DNA of 64,000 nucleotides from Antedon mediterranea (Eukaryota; Animalia; Echinodermata). Location: assembly GCF_964355755.1 (NCBI RefSeq), contig NC_092674.1, positions 13,702,001 to 13,766,000 of the forward strand, given 5' to 3'. The notes under the pieces were generated by a model. The model was not told the origin of the DNA. It searched no databases and saw nothing but the letters and a program-made list of their open reading frames with translations. Position numbers and translations under genes: made by a program. Positions 49,427 to 63,980 of this stretch are shown here, piece by piece (position 1 is the stretch's first letter; each line of letters starts with the position of its first letter).

Positions 49427-51011
49427 GATCGTTCGGGTGCACGCCGTCTCCAAACGATGGCGCCGATATGAGGGTGCGCGTGCGCGTCGGGATCTCAGTT
49501 TACAGCGAACGTATATGAAATAAAATATACATAATATACCGTAACACATCGAACATAAGTCCATCTCGATATCAAGCCTATTAGGCTTCTTTTCAAGATA
49601 CTATGGGCTTCTTTTTCGAAATACTGTATTATAATGTCAAAGGAACAAGTTATGATCGTGTTATTATGGTATGGATATATTAATGACCTTGCAACCATTT
49701 TTAACCATGAACTCGTATATTTATTCTACAATTTATTGTTTTCCAAATGCTACTTTTATTTCATCTTGCATCTTCTTGTCTGCTTCCTTTGCAAATATAT
49801 AAAATTGGCAGAGAATGTTTTAAAAATCATATATGAAAGTCATTAATTTAATCTTTTTGCCATTAGATTTTGTATTAGAATTATTTAATTCAAGTTTAAT
49901 GTCAATCTTTAAATAGACATTTTTGATGAAATAACTGTCTTAAAAAAACTGTTTACCGGTACATGATTGATTTTTTTTAGTATCAATGTGGTAGTTATTA
50001 ATAGTTCAAGGGTTTGAATTGTGTAGTATTTAGTGAATTTAATATAAACCAAGTCTTATTGTAGGCCTATGTAAGAGCACAAGCTCGTTCAGGGATGTCG
50101 GGTCGTTCGATTCAAAATGATTCTAATCCTAAGGTGCCCTTTTCAAGTTAGAAATCAGCAGCGAAAGTGGTAAATAGGCCTCATGACAATTATTTGGCAA
50201 ATTCATTCATCTGCTACTATACTAGGCCTACAGCTATATTTTCTTTTAAAAATCTTGGCTATGGACTAGGAACAGCGAAGAGTAAGACTCGTTCATCTTT
50301 TAAAATTACAGTACAAAGCTCCCGGCCCTTAAAAAAACCCATCAACAATACCTAAATTGATATTGCTTTTTATTTAATTGTGAATTACTATAAAATAGTG
50401 TATTTATGTAATTATTAAATAATATATATTAAACACAATCACATCTAACCCAATTCTGTGACAATAAAAAAAAAGGTTTATCTGATTTTCCAACAGCATT
50501 TTTTATATAATCTTGTAATATATTTAGGCCTATAACTTAGTTTACACAATTTTATTTATATGTATTTTTGTCTGTAAATAATTGTATCTGATTATAATGT
50601 TATAGTGTACTAGAAGAAAGAGATCGGCAATAATAAATAGCAATGTGTCGATTGGTCATGAAGGCACCAACTTCAATTTGTACACCAGGTATTATATATA
50701 TCACGCGTTTATTTATTATGAGTGTTGATATTAACGTTATCAATCAATCAATCAATCAATCAATTGACTTTAGTACAACCTTTACGTAACGTTATATTTT
50801 ATAATTATGAATGCTGCTTTATTAGTAGTATGGCCTGTGTGGTATATTACGGCGTTGTATTGTCTTCTCGTCTTTAAAATCGACAGCGTAGGACACTGCG
50901 ATGTCTTGCAATGTCCAGCAGATGAAGTGGTGCGCGCTGCGAGTGCTGTCTTACAACCTTATGAATTTAGTGTATGTAGGCCTATATAATGTTTGAAACA
51001 TTAAATTTAAA

Positions 51012-52309
51012 CTAGATGGCACGCTCGCTTCGCTCGCGTACCATCTAGGTCGTGCCCACAGATGGTTCTCGAATACACAGTATTTTCCAGCGAGAAAAAA
51101 ATGGAGATTTCAAATGTACGTACTGCAGGACTATAATACATTGTCGTTTACAGAAACGAATAAATATACACGATGATTTATGTAGTCAGCTAAAAGTAGC
51201 ACCCTGGGAATTACTTCCGAGAGAGAGAAACAAAATGAGTCAAATTTTTTTATTTGGACTCATTTAAACAAACCCAATTTGTGTTTTGTATGTAACATTA
51301 AGGGTTGAGGTATGGGGGAAGAAGATAGGTACAAAGAGGAAACATTTTAAAATATATTCTTATCATCCACTCAGTAACGAAATATTGTTTTTAATGTTTT
51401 ATAGGCCTATAAATAATATACCACTAAATACAGTAAAACATTTACGATTTAATACTTTGTTAAAACTCTCACTGTCATAGTCGATTGAAATAGTAAAGTA
51501 CATGTAACGATACACCACTACGTACGTTTATATATTTTTAAATTATTAATTAATACAAACGTTGAGAAGCAACTGTCAGTAATAACGTTTATTTATTTGT
51601 ATATTATATGTTTATAATCTAACAGTAGGGCCTACCCACACTCACAGTAATAAAGTTTATTTGTATATTTGTTTATATTATATCTAACAGTACCAACACT
51701 CACAGTAAGAAATTTGCGATTCAAATTGCGATCAAAAGTGGTTAATACCTTAACAGTATTGTACAGCATTGCAATACTATTTATGTTTATTCTCCAAGGG
51801 GGCCCATAAATCTAAATCTATACCTCTATGGTTTAACCAAATAATTTGGAATGTTCCATTCATCACAAATCAATACATTTGTAAAAACGTATATTACATG
51901 TATCAAAATAGCATTTTTAAAAGAAAATCGGCCTGTCTTCAACATTATGATGCTGTACTCGAACTGTTCAATCGGTTTTCAGCTATTAAAAACAATTATC
52001 GTAGGAGAAGATAGGAAAATGCGAAGTGTCCTCGTATTATTGTGTGCGGGTATTTTTCAAATTGACATCCATTAGACAGTGTATACCACGATCGGAAAAC
52101 ACCCCTATTTGGGGCAAATCGTTGAACCTAAATTCGTTTTAATCGTCAATAACTAATAATCGAACTCAATTTAATTAGTAAACAGGATTACATCAGGTGG
52201 TTAAAATCAGTACCGAAAGTACGAACCAACTTTATATACCATCGAGTAAACATTCTAGAAATAACGCACGATTTACCAATTTTTGCCCTTACGTAAATTT
52301 ATATATAGA
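51012..52309 (-). mobile_element. Non-autonomous Helitron at the junction between the two integrin duplicates
   Basis: Same TC..hairpin-CTAG ends; closely matches 36863-37915. Confidence 0.88.
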
Positions 52310-52588
52310 TATATATATATATATTTTTCCCTGAAAAAATATGGTTGGATATGCCATTTTAATGTCATGTAATAGTTCTTCCATTCCAAAAAATAGGTCG
52401 GAAAAAAATGGTTTAGCTACCTGCCAACAGTGCAGATCTACCCAGATTAGCACGCCAAGAGATTGACCCCTGCTCTTTTTCGAATAATGTACCGAGTTCT
52501 TTAACATGCATTGTACAAGGGGCCAGCAGCTTTATGTCCCATCCGGAGTATGAGGTATATTTTAATTTGTATTTCTTTATTTCAACAG

Positions 52589-55500
52589 GAAGTTGTAAAT
52601 GAGTTTTTCCCAGGTGGATCTGTGGGAACACTAGCTAGTGATTCAAGAAACATTATTTAACTTGTTCGTAGTAGTTATGATGTAAGTTTGCAGTTTTTCA
52701 TAGCACCTTTATTTTTATTTGAGATTTTTTCCCATTAGTTTTTTTTTACCAATTATTATGTCAAACATTTATGTTTGTGGAACAATTTTTTGATTTATAG
52801 GCCTTTATCGAGTGTAAATAAAATTAGGTCTACATGCCATTAGAACTTCTTTTTCTACAGACTTTACGATGAATAAAGTATTGACAATTGTTAATGATAT
52901 TGCAATATATTTTTTTTTTTTTGATATAGTATTTATATGCATTTTTAATGTTTATACAAATTATATTCTAAATGTTTTTTATTCAATCAGTGCAATAGGC
53001 AACCTACTAGATAGTGATTAAGTTTGCTTTTTAGGAATCCTGTCTCTGCCTGGTTTTATGTGATGTTTTCTTTTCTTTGTCCATGTTTTTCTATATTGTA
53101 CTTTCATGGAGACAAAAATAAATGAAATTAAATAGAGTTTGATGTAAATTTAATTTAAATTAAACATTTAACTACATAAAATGAATTAACCTCAATTAAA
53201 GTAACTTTTTTCTTGTTCAAAATTACTTTAATTCTTTAAAAAACATCTTTCACACAGATGTGGAGTAATATACACCATGCAGCGAAAGGATTAATGCACA
53301 CATTTTGTTTATTGCACATGTTTTATTAGTTATTAGTATCATAATTAATTAAAACAATTGTTTTTATAGAAAATTACATCTTGTCATCATTCAACTTGTA
53401 GACACGGTGACAGGTCCTATTCATGTAACCTACTCAGCCTATTGCGATGGCGAGACATTGACGCCTAATTCGCAGAACTGTAGGAAATGTCATTAAATTT
53501 AAACTAGATGTTAGTGTCAATGAGTGTACAGCAAATTCTTTCTCGTAAGACATGATTACATTGTTTATTACCAATCACAAGTGAGGCATTGACCTTGGTG
53601 CATGCGTTGCAACGCTTAAAATAAATGTTTCTGCTGCCCAAGCCTGTCCGATCTAAAATTTGGTTAGCTTCTTTTTAAAATTTTTTTATTGTAGGACCAT
53701 TTAATAAAAAAGCACAATTAAAAAACATCTTTGTTTTTGTAATTGCATGCAAACATTTCTCTAGTGTCCTCTATTTCTATTGTAAAGTTTTGCCCATTTT
53801 ATTAAATATAAAATTGATATTATTTATTCATAAAACACAAAATAGATAAAAAAAATTGTCCTACTGATATGACCATGTATTTCAATTGATAGTGTTCCTG
53901 GGCAGCATAACAATTTGTTGGCTTTTAGATTTACAATCAGCTTTGTGTTTCTAGCATTTCCCTTTTAAATGCTGTGACATAATCAATAATGATGATTTTA
54001 ATGGTGGCAATAAAGCATGAAGATGACATAATATGAATGAATGAAGATAATGGCATTGATGTTGAATCATCATGAATATGATACTATACTTCTTTTATTT
54101 TTTTTTTCAAAATTATGATTATTATTATTTGTAAAATGTCCATTTATTGAATAAATGGTATGATACGATGATGATTAATTTTGACTATGCAGTGGTTGAA
54201 CAAATAAGAACTTTCATCTAATATTAATAAGTTACAGGGTACATGATGTGCTAGAATCAAAATATTTAGTTTTTCAGTTAAACCTCTTGGATTTGAAGAG
54301 AACCTAGAAGTTGTCATAATAACAAATTGTGAATGTGAATGTAGCAAGTCTGTGACAGCAGACAGTAAGCTATGTAACAATGGTAATGGTTCACTGGTCT
54401 GTGGTATTTGTGAGTATAATGAAGGCCGGTATGGAGAGGTCTGTGAATGTGATGACACTGGCTCAGACGAAACTGAAACACTTGCAGATAGTTTACCATG
54501 TCAAACGTAAGTTAATTTTTCTAAGGTTTTTTGAACTTCTTTACATTTTTTTCTTTTTGGAAAAAGCATGATATACCGCTAACCTAGTTTACTAGTGTTT
54601 ATTCATCAAACGTCAAGCATTAACAAAAATATTGCTGTTGAGTATTTTACTCATGTTTAACCACTATTTTCTGAACACATACTGTAAACTTTTATTGTTT
54701 ACTTATTATGTTCAAGTGCAGTATATGGAGAGCCATCTCGATAGTGCTTTGCACTCATGGCAATCCTCAGGATGCTGCACCGCTGTCTTGTCATGTTTTT
54801 TGTGTGCCTGAAAATTGAATAAAATAAAAAAAATAAATAAAACTATAGAGAGCAAAAATCATAATTTTGATTTCTTATTTTCAATATTTATGAAATGATG
54901 TATAGGCCTATGTACTTTATGTTTACAAAATATGAGTCAAATCCTATTTTTATTTATTTCAATAGAAGTAACTCATCTTTAGTTTGTTCAGGTCAAGGGT
55001 CATGCATATGTGGGAAATGTGTGTGTAACAAGCGACAAGTAGGTGAAATATGATTTTATAGTTTTCTTATTGGGGCATATCAGTAGGTCAACTATTACAG
55101 TATGTACTGTGAGTATACTATAGTGGGTCAATTAGAGGAAAAAAGAAGTTTTTTAAAATCTGTTGCTGATGATAATTGACAATTAGTAAGTGCAAAAGAT
55201 TAAAAGTAATGTAACTCTATAAATAGAGAATGTCACTCTCTATAGGGTTTGAGAGGAGGAGGCAAGACTCAAGGAGTCAATTTGTTATTTATAACTATTG
55301 TACATGTTAAGTTTCTCTATTTCTAATAATGGTCAACCACTATACGATCACAGACACTGTTGTCGTGATCAGTTAGTTTAAAAAAATATATACAATCATT
55401 GTCATCATTATTACAGTTCAATAAATATCTTATTACCATATTAACATGTTTATAATGCCAAGCTACATTATAATCCAACCCACTAATTGTGTGCCAAATG

Positions 55501-58500
55501 TTGTAACCCGGATCCTTATAATATACTGGTCATATATTTTCTTGAATGCGATTAATATAATATAAAATGTATTATAAATAGAGCTTTTTTGTTATGATTA
55601 ATATTTTTTTCTTTTTCAAGAATCCTTTAGAAAAAATCACAGGAAAGTTTTGCAACTGTGATAACTTCTCTTGTCGCAGAGATTCTGCTGACCTCATTTG
55701 TGGTGGTATGTTCAATTTTATTTATATTATTTTCTTTGGACTTTGGTCAATTTAAGCTCTGCTGACAATATTAAGGACCATATCAGCATTTTTCTACTAC
55801 AGTAACTAAATATCTGTTTCAAATGTAGAAGCTATGAGAGTCACTGCAATAAACAGTGTGTATTATTACCCAAAAAAGATTATTAGATTATTGCATAAAC
55901 AGGTTAAACAGAAACAAAATAGTTTAGTTACTGCAATAACTGCAATAAGATAATCAATCTCTGTAGAAAATTTATTATATTATTTCTCAGTGATTTTTTT
56001 TTTATTGTGAATTGCCTTAGAACATCATGAAAATGGTAGTATACAAATGAGGTATTTAATTATTATTAATTATTATAAAAATGGTTTTGAGCATCTTGTG
56101 TATAATATACAGTATGCTCTGTGCTATATAACATGGACTTGATAGAGTTAATTTATGACTAAGCTCTGTCTACACTATCACACTTTCTGTGTCTAAATTG
56201 ACGTGCCAATGGACACGATAACATCATATTCAATACCCTTTTTTTTGTCAAACTAGTGTGATAGTGTAGACAGAGCTTATAGGTATTTATTAACGTTGAT
56301 AGGTCCATCAAAAGGAACATGCATTTGTGGTCAATGTGAATGCAAGCCAGGCTATAGTGGTCCTGATTGCAGTTGTCCAACGAGCATTGAAAACTGCCTA
56401 GCATCTACTGGCTGGACACTGTGAATGTGGTGTTTGCATGTGTAATGCAACACTGGTCTACGATGGCCCAACTTGTGAGGATTGTGATGTAAGTTCATTT
56501 ATATTAAAATCTTAATGCATCCTTAAATTCAAATGTATGATGTCATCATCATCAGGATTTATCAAATGTCCTATTCATGAAATATTAATACATTGTTGAG
56601 ACCCCATTTCATCATTTTAACATTATACAGTACCATAATAATTTATACAGCACCATTCTTTTTCCAATGATTTTTCTGATGATGAATAAATGTACTTCTA
56701 TTTTCTATGTAAAACTGTCTTAAGTTTAAGTCATGTGACACCCATCAGTAAATCGTTCTATAGACGATCCGTTCCACCTATATTTTGTACTTACTATAGG
56801 ACTATCATGTACAGAACCTCAAATGACCATAATCATATTTACTGTTTGTAGACATGTCCAGCTAAATGTGATCGCAATCGTGACTGTGTGCAATGTCTAG
56901 CTTACGGTACAGGTATATCTGAGGAAAAATGTCAAGAGTGTCCTCAAAGAATTATACTTGTTGAGGAAGAAGAATTAATAGGTAAGAATTGTGGAAACAT
57001 TTAAATTACAAAGTAATAAACTAATTTATTTTATTATATTTGTCTTCAAGATTCTGATAAACCTTAATTGTTTCATTTCTTTTATTTTAACCATCCGATA
57101 AAAAAACTTTATAAAGGATAAAACACCGATTAAATTACATTAGTACAATTCAATGTATTGAGTTGCCATGTTGTAATTGGTGGTGCACAGTGTTGATAAA
57201 CTATAAAGTATAGTAGGACAAGCATATGACAATTTAGGAAATGTTTCTGGTTCGTTCAGGGAAGAGGGCCTTATGCATATGTTGCTTTCGCGACACATGT
57301 GTTGCGTACTAAACTTACTGTCGAAGCAAAATCAAAATGAACAAGTATTTTAACAAAACTTTTCTCTCAAAACTACGCTGTTATGCAAATGAACGAAAAT
57401 GAATGCTCTTTATTAGCTATCTGTTCATGATGTTATAAGAACTGTATAATCTATACTGAGTTTTTGCAGGTACTGTATAATTTATGCCATTGTAAAATAT
57501 TATTATAAGGTCTTTCTTAAGCACTTAAAGGAAATCTTCGGTGATCTAATTGTTTTATATACTAGCTGTTTATTATCTTGAATTATAAAAAATTTCTAAA
57601 AAATAAAGATTATTTAGAAAGGAAGAAGAAAGTTTAATTGGTAAGAAGTCGAAAAGTTGAAAAGTAATAAACTAATTTATTATATTTATTTTTTATTTAA
57701 TTTCATTTATATATTCATCCGTTAAAATTAAGATTGATTAAAAAATGGTCCTCATCATCTGTTTTCTATGGGGTTGTGTATTGCTGATCTAGCGAATTAT
57801 AGGACTAGGCCTGTTTGTTTTAATCAAAAGCTTTCAGCACTTGCATATTGATGTTTTCAGTTCATAAATTCTTTTCAGGGAAATTGGTTGTTCGAATAGT
57901 TTTTACTTTTTGCGAACTGAAAAAAAAATCAGGAATTGATGGAAGTAATTCTCGGGTGGGACATAAACCCATGACTTTTGGCAGTAATGACTGAAACATT
58001 GTTTGCCAAAACATTTTATTTACTTTCAAAATATAAATCGCCTTAAAAAAAGTACTGCTCTAAACACTGTTGAAATATATCCCCTATGAAGAAAACTATG
58101 CATTGCTTTCTATAAAAACCTTGTATCTCCACATAGTTTTACAGGTGGATGCTTTATATGTTGTGCTAGGTAGGTGTGTAATGAATTGGAGAATACCAGA
58201 GATTCCAGTCAAATATAAAACTTAATAATAAATATATAATACATTTCTGGTTTTATATAAGTATTTTGATAAAATGCCACACAGATTCCAGTAATAATAA
58301 TAATAATAATAACATTCTGATTTTTATTATTTGGAATTATTTCACAATTTTTAAGACATATAATACAAGGGTTAGCCATGATTTTGTAATAAATTTCTAG
58401 GAATCACTCTGATGTTGGTATGGAAACCAAGGAATTCACTCTGATATTGGTATAAAAACAACAACATCACTTTGATGTTGGTACGAAAATCGTGTATTGT

Positions 58501-60704
58501 ACAGTACAAATCAAAACTTTGTATGAGCCAATAAATATATGTGTTTCGACAAAAAACACAACATTTTCTGCTTTCTGATTGGCTGTTGTTCTGACAACGT
58601 ATTGGGCTAAGAAATATGGTATATATTAAAAAATATTTTATTGATGTTAATAAAATAATCTGATGGCAATTGGATTCAATTTAGAAATGATAATACTAAT
58701 ATTGCTGGTACAATCAATGAAACATATGTAGATTACATTAACATCATAAAATTTTGAAGCAAGTGTCCTTAAAAACGTATGGTTTTCGTTATTGTCAACG
58801 CAATGGATTATCCGAACTGTCAATTATGATTGGTCAACTCACAAGCGTTTGTAGCGATTTCTGTTTTTTAAATCATTTTTTTCTGATTTTAATTATTTTT
58901 TTAATTATTTTATTTATTTATAAATGTTATTTTTAAGTGTTGTATTTTTGTGTTATTTGTCTTGTCAAATTATATTGTACTAAGGGTCCGTATTATGATC
59001 AGCTTTGTCTGGATGTACTATCCTTGTTAAATATTGTTGAAATAAAATAAATATGGGAACCACACCTTTTGGTTAAAAAAACATTTTTTGAATATTGCCA
59101 CTTAACTTTATTTTATATGAAACATAACCATGACTTTATGTTTGTTTAATGAAACGCATCATCATTGTACTCTACAATTGTCTTAACCTTTTATTGAAAT
59201 ATCTGGTATCTTTATAGATAGAAAGTAGTTCACTACAGTTAAAATTATAAAAGTGTATAAAAATAAAATAATAGTATGGAGGTTATGAATTTATTTATGC
59301 CAAATTGGTGGGGTTTTTTTCACAGTAAATGGAACTGATCCTTGTACATACAAAGATGAACTTGGTTGTCTCTTCTCTTTTAACTTTGTTATGAATGGAA
59401 CAATGGAGGTGATTCTGGTACAGAAAATAACATGTAAGTAATGTAAAAAGAAAACCCTAGCAAAATGAAACCCAATACATTGTCTAAAGCTCTGTCTACA
59501 CTATCAAGCTTTATGTGACAAAAACATGTTATGTGCCCATATATGGTGATGAAAACTACCGTAATGGGTACATTACACTTTTTTGTCAAACTATTTTGAT
59601 AGTGTAGACATAGAGCTATATATTGAGATCTCTGTGCACTTCACACACGCGCACACACACCTTCATATATACAGTATACATCCCCTCATTTGACAGGGAC
59701 AATTTGATGGACATCAGCAGACATACTGAACTTTTTTCACAAACAATTACGAAAGAGTACCATCAGTAACCTGTATTCTTTGTATATTAAACATCTTTTA
59801 TTTTTCAATTTGAGACATGCACTTCATTATTATACTAGACTTGTTTGTACAAATGTATGTGAAATGCATGATAGAGTTAGAGTGAAAAAAATGATTGTGA
59901 TGGCTTTTTTGTAGGAAATATTTGCAGAAAAATAAATGTCATTCAAGTGCAGCAAACACGGCTTGTCTTGATTCAACATGTGCAACACTTCATGTTAATA
60001 ATTTATATGAATATTTATCAACATGTGGTACTTTATTTTCAGCTTGCCCAGAAGGAATAGATGCTTTATGGCTGGCTATTGGCATCATTATTGGTATATT
60101 ACTAGTTGGTCTAGCCCTTCTGCTGGCCTGGAAGATAGCTACATATATATATGACAAACGAGAATATGCAAAATTTTTGAAAGAGTTAGAAAATGCACGA
60201 ACAGATGCAGTAAGGAATGATTATTTTTTTTATCTTGTAGTTAATAATGTCTATTTATTTATTATTTATGGTTTCCCTTTAAAGACCAGACCATTTTTAT
60301 GTAGAGTCACCACTACATAGCATCCAAGTTCACTGTAGCTGACGTTCCAAGACAACATTATTTATTTTAAACATTTCTATTTGCATTTGAACTCTCTATC
60401 TATCTCTATATCTATTTCTAGTATGATTATGATGTATCGTAGTATTGTAATTGAAAATTTAACAGTACTAGTAAATACCTTAAACTTAAAGTATAAGTAT
60501 ATATTTATGTCAATTTCTGTGATTAACATGCATTGCAGTGGAACATTAGCATTGAAAATACTTATTGAAATTTAATTATATGTTTATGAAAAATGAAACC
60601 AAGAAAATATTACCTCGACATACTTACTTGCTTTTTTTCAGAATATAAATCCCCTTTTTAAATCTTCTACTACAACCTACAAGAATCCAACATATGGTAA
60701 ATAG
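52589..60704 (+). pseudogene. Integrin beta subunit, copy 2 (3' half only), disabled
   Basis: Exons 52589-52681 (TAA at 52658), ~53370-53660 (degenerate), 54270-54506, 54966-55038, 55621-55705, 56303-56488 (17-nt deletion), 56852-56981, 59326-59433, 60043-60209, 60642-60704. Confidence 0.92.
54690..54840 (+). mobile_element. Short LINE 3'-end insertion specific to copy 2
   Basis: Ends AATAAAATAAAAAAAATAAAT; copy 1 reads CTGTAAACTATAG (~31420) without it. Confidence 0.6.
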
Positions 60705-61312
60705 AAGGTTTTATGCAAGATGTTGATACCTGTTACCAAACAAGACCTCATTCAGAACCATCCAACAAGGCCCGATCAAATTGAAAACTGATACACAGAC
60801 TAAATGATATCAGAATAATAATTTATGGCAAAGTTCAGACTGTAACTGACAGATCAATCAAGCCTGTTATCAGAAAAAGAAATGCCCACTAGGCCACAAC
60901 TGACATCAGATCAAAGTACCATGAGATACTCTCCACTGGGCCACACAGTAGGATATCAGATCAAAGTGGCTTGTCCAGATCCACAAGGCATGTCCAGATC
61001 CAGATAAAGATCCCAGAAAAACATTCAAATGATGTTTAATAATATCGGATGTCGTAGGCACACAACACAAAATATACCACATAATTATATAAAATGGTCT
61101 GATAGCAGAAACTAACAACCAGAGCATCTTGTCAAACAGAATTCACCACAGGTATCTGATAGAACATGACATTTCTGTAGTATAAATTGAGGTATTAATT
61201 ATTTGGCTAGAGAGCTAACTCCATATTTAACAATAAATTGTTCTATTCATTACCCTAAAAAAATAAGTAATTTATAAAAACTGGACTGTACTTTTATGTA
61301 TGTTTATATTTT

Positions 61313-61343
<31 letters not shown>

Positions 61344-61792
61344 TCTAACTCATGTATTCATAATATTGTAAGTTATTGTTTTATATTATTAAATAATATT
61401 TTTGAACAGATACAGCGGATAATTTTTAAGCACCAACTCTGTCCTCGTCAATTTGCTGTAACATAGTTAGCACTCTAGTCAATCTATTACCTCCTCAATG
61501 GTACCTAGATCATGCTGAATTTGGTGCTAAGTTGCAATATGTGATAAAATTAGAGGTTGATATGACAACAAAAAAATTAGGATTTAAGAATAAATTAGAG
61601 TAGCGTATAGTGGTGTGGCCATGTCTTCTGCCTTAAAAAAAGTGCTTTATTTAATTTAAGATAAATATTTTATATAAAACATGTGAAAATGCTGTTATTT
61701 GTGTGTAAAATTATAATAATATCTTTTCTTAGGATAGTATACAGTAGTGAGCCTATTAAAAGTAATACTGTAATTGGTTACTCTATAGTAAA

Positions 61793-62062
61793 GGAAAATA
61801 TTAGATCCCGTCAATTAAAGTTGCTGGACCACGCGCTTCTAATGCCTGATGACGAACCATTCAAAGAGTACGCTCTGTATGTTCCTCAACATGGGAAAAT
61901 AAAACGAGGAAGTCAGAGAACCAACTTTCTGAGATACATCCAACAGCTTTTAGGGGATGAAGGAGGCATGATTACCTCTGATAAGCTGTCAGAGTTAGCC
62001 AAGGACCATTGTGGTTGGAGAAAGCTTGTAGTCGCCTGCTCCGCAGCCGACAGATGATGATG
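61793..62062 (+). mobile_element. RTE-type LINE 3' fragment
   Basis: IRSRQLKLLDH..KRG..GWRKLV, (TGA)n tail, 8-bp TSD ATAGTAAA (61785-61792 / 62063-62070); empty site in copy 1 at ~43703. Confidence 0.85.
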
Positions 62063-63868
62063 ATAGTAAACATAAAAAACACAGTACTGACTGTATAAAT
62101 AAGAACTCCCAGCCAGTTTTTAAGGGAAACTCTATTAAGCTTGGTTCCCACTAGGACGCAGTACAAGGACGTAAGCCGCAACGCAAGCAAATAGGTCGAA
62201 TGCATTGTGTCATATTGCTAACCAGACTTTAAGGGGACACTGGTCCCAAAGGTGTCCCTATAATACAGTTTCCACTGTAATATTTATGCAGGTACATAAC
62301 AAAGATGGAGGAATTTTCCCTCTTCTATACAAATATCCTAACTATCTAGTTTTCTAATTTGATGATTATTCTCCAATTTATACATGTATATGTTTCAAAG
62401 GTTTAATTGTTAAATTAATACATAAAACAGTAAAAAGAATATTTAAAATATTCAAAGTATTGAAAATATCAAAAATCTTTTTAAAAGATGTTCATGTTTT
62501 CTGAATAAATCTCTTATATTTATCCTTCCGATACGATATACACTTACTACTGTTTTTTTTTTACTTCGGCCATTCGGCAATGTATTCATTCACTATGTAC
62601 AATCACAGGTCAATACATAACATTTTTTCTTGTAAATTTGACTCAATTTACATTAGTGTTAAACCTGTATAAAGGTCATATAAAAGGCAAACTGTTCCAT
62701 ACTGACACTATAAACATTAATAAGCAATACTGGTTGTAAAACAATATTGTAATATTACTACTTACTACTGTTTTAAGTTTGTTTTTATTATTACTTTGTT
62801 ATTGTATGTGTATATTATTACTTGTTTAAGACAGAAAAGACGTTTAATATATAATTTCAATATAAATTGTAATAACAAAATGAGATAACAACGTTTATGA
62901 ACCATCGTGGAACCACTTTCAAGATCAAACAATAATATACATAATATACCGTAAAACATCGAAAATAAGTCCATCTCTATATCAAGCCTATTAGGCTTCT
63001 TTTCACGATACTATGGGCTTCTTTTTCGAAATAGACTGTATTATAATGTCAAAGGAACATAAGTTATGATCGTGTTATTATACGGTATGGATATATTAAT
63101 GACCTTGCAACCATTTTTAACCATGAACTCGTATATTTCTTCTACAACTTATTGTTTTCCAAATGCTACTTTTATTTCATCTTGCATCTTCTTGTCTGCT
63201 TCCTTGGCAAATATATAAAATTGGCAGAGAATGTTTTAAAAATCATATATGAAACGTCATTAATTTAATCTTTTTGCCATTAGATTTTGTATTAGAATTA
63301 TTTAATTCAAGTTTAATGTACATTATTGATTTTTTTTAGTATCAATGTGGTAGTTATTAATAGTTCAAGGGTTTGAATTGTGTAAACATCGAGTATTTAG
63401 TGAATTTAATATAAACCAAGTCTTATTGTAGGCCTATGTAAGAGCACAAGCTCGTCCAGGGATGTCGGGTCGTTCGGTTCAAAATAATTCTAATCCTAAG
63501 GTGCCCTTTTCAAGTTAGAAACCAGCAGCGAAAGTGGTAAATAGGCCTCATGACAATTATTTGGAAAATTCATTCATCTACTACTATAAGGCCTACAGCT
63601 ATATTTTCTTTTAAAAATCTTGGCTATGGACTAGGAACAGCGAAGAGTAAGACTCGTTCATCTTTTAAAATTACAGTACAAAGCTCCCGGCCCTTAAAAA
63701 AAAACATCAACAATACCAAAATTGATATTGCTTTTTATTTAATTGTGAATTACTATAAAATAGTGTATTTATGTAATTATTAAATAATATATACTAAACA
63801 CAATCACATCTAACCCAATTCTGTGACAATAAAAAAAAAAGGTTTATCTGATTTTCCAACAGCATTTT

Positions 63869-63913
63869 TAGTCGCGTGGAAGCGACTCTATAGTTCACTA
63901 TGTCGGTCGGTCG

Positions 63914-63944
<31 letters not shown>

Positions 63945-63949
63945 GGTCG

Positions 63950-63980
<31 letters not shown>

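Larger units (their letters stand above)
44569..49527 (-). mobile_element. Full-length DIRS1-like tyrosine-recombinase retrotransposon
   Basis: Inverted terminal repeats (44640-44677 / 49467-49504), internal complementary region 44787-44898, gag, RT-RH-MT and YR frames; empty site at 62934-62937. Confidence 0.95.
52320..63868 (+). repeat. Segmental duplicate of ~29480-50500 (after removing copy-specific insertions)
   Basis: Colinear introns, exons, 3'UTR and downstream flank with scattered substitutions and indels. Confidence 0.95.

Noticed and set aside
50085-50125. GTTCGATTC B-box suggesting a tRNA or SINE
   Set aside because: No cloverleaf or A-box; motif is altered in the duplicate (~63474).
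61683-62057. 124-aa ORF with a signal-peptide-like N-terminus
   Set aside because: Chance fusion of flanking DNA with an RTE 3' fragment; not open in copy 1.
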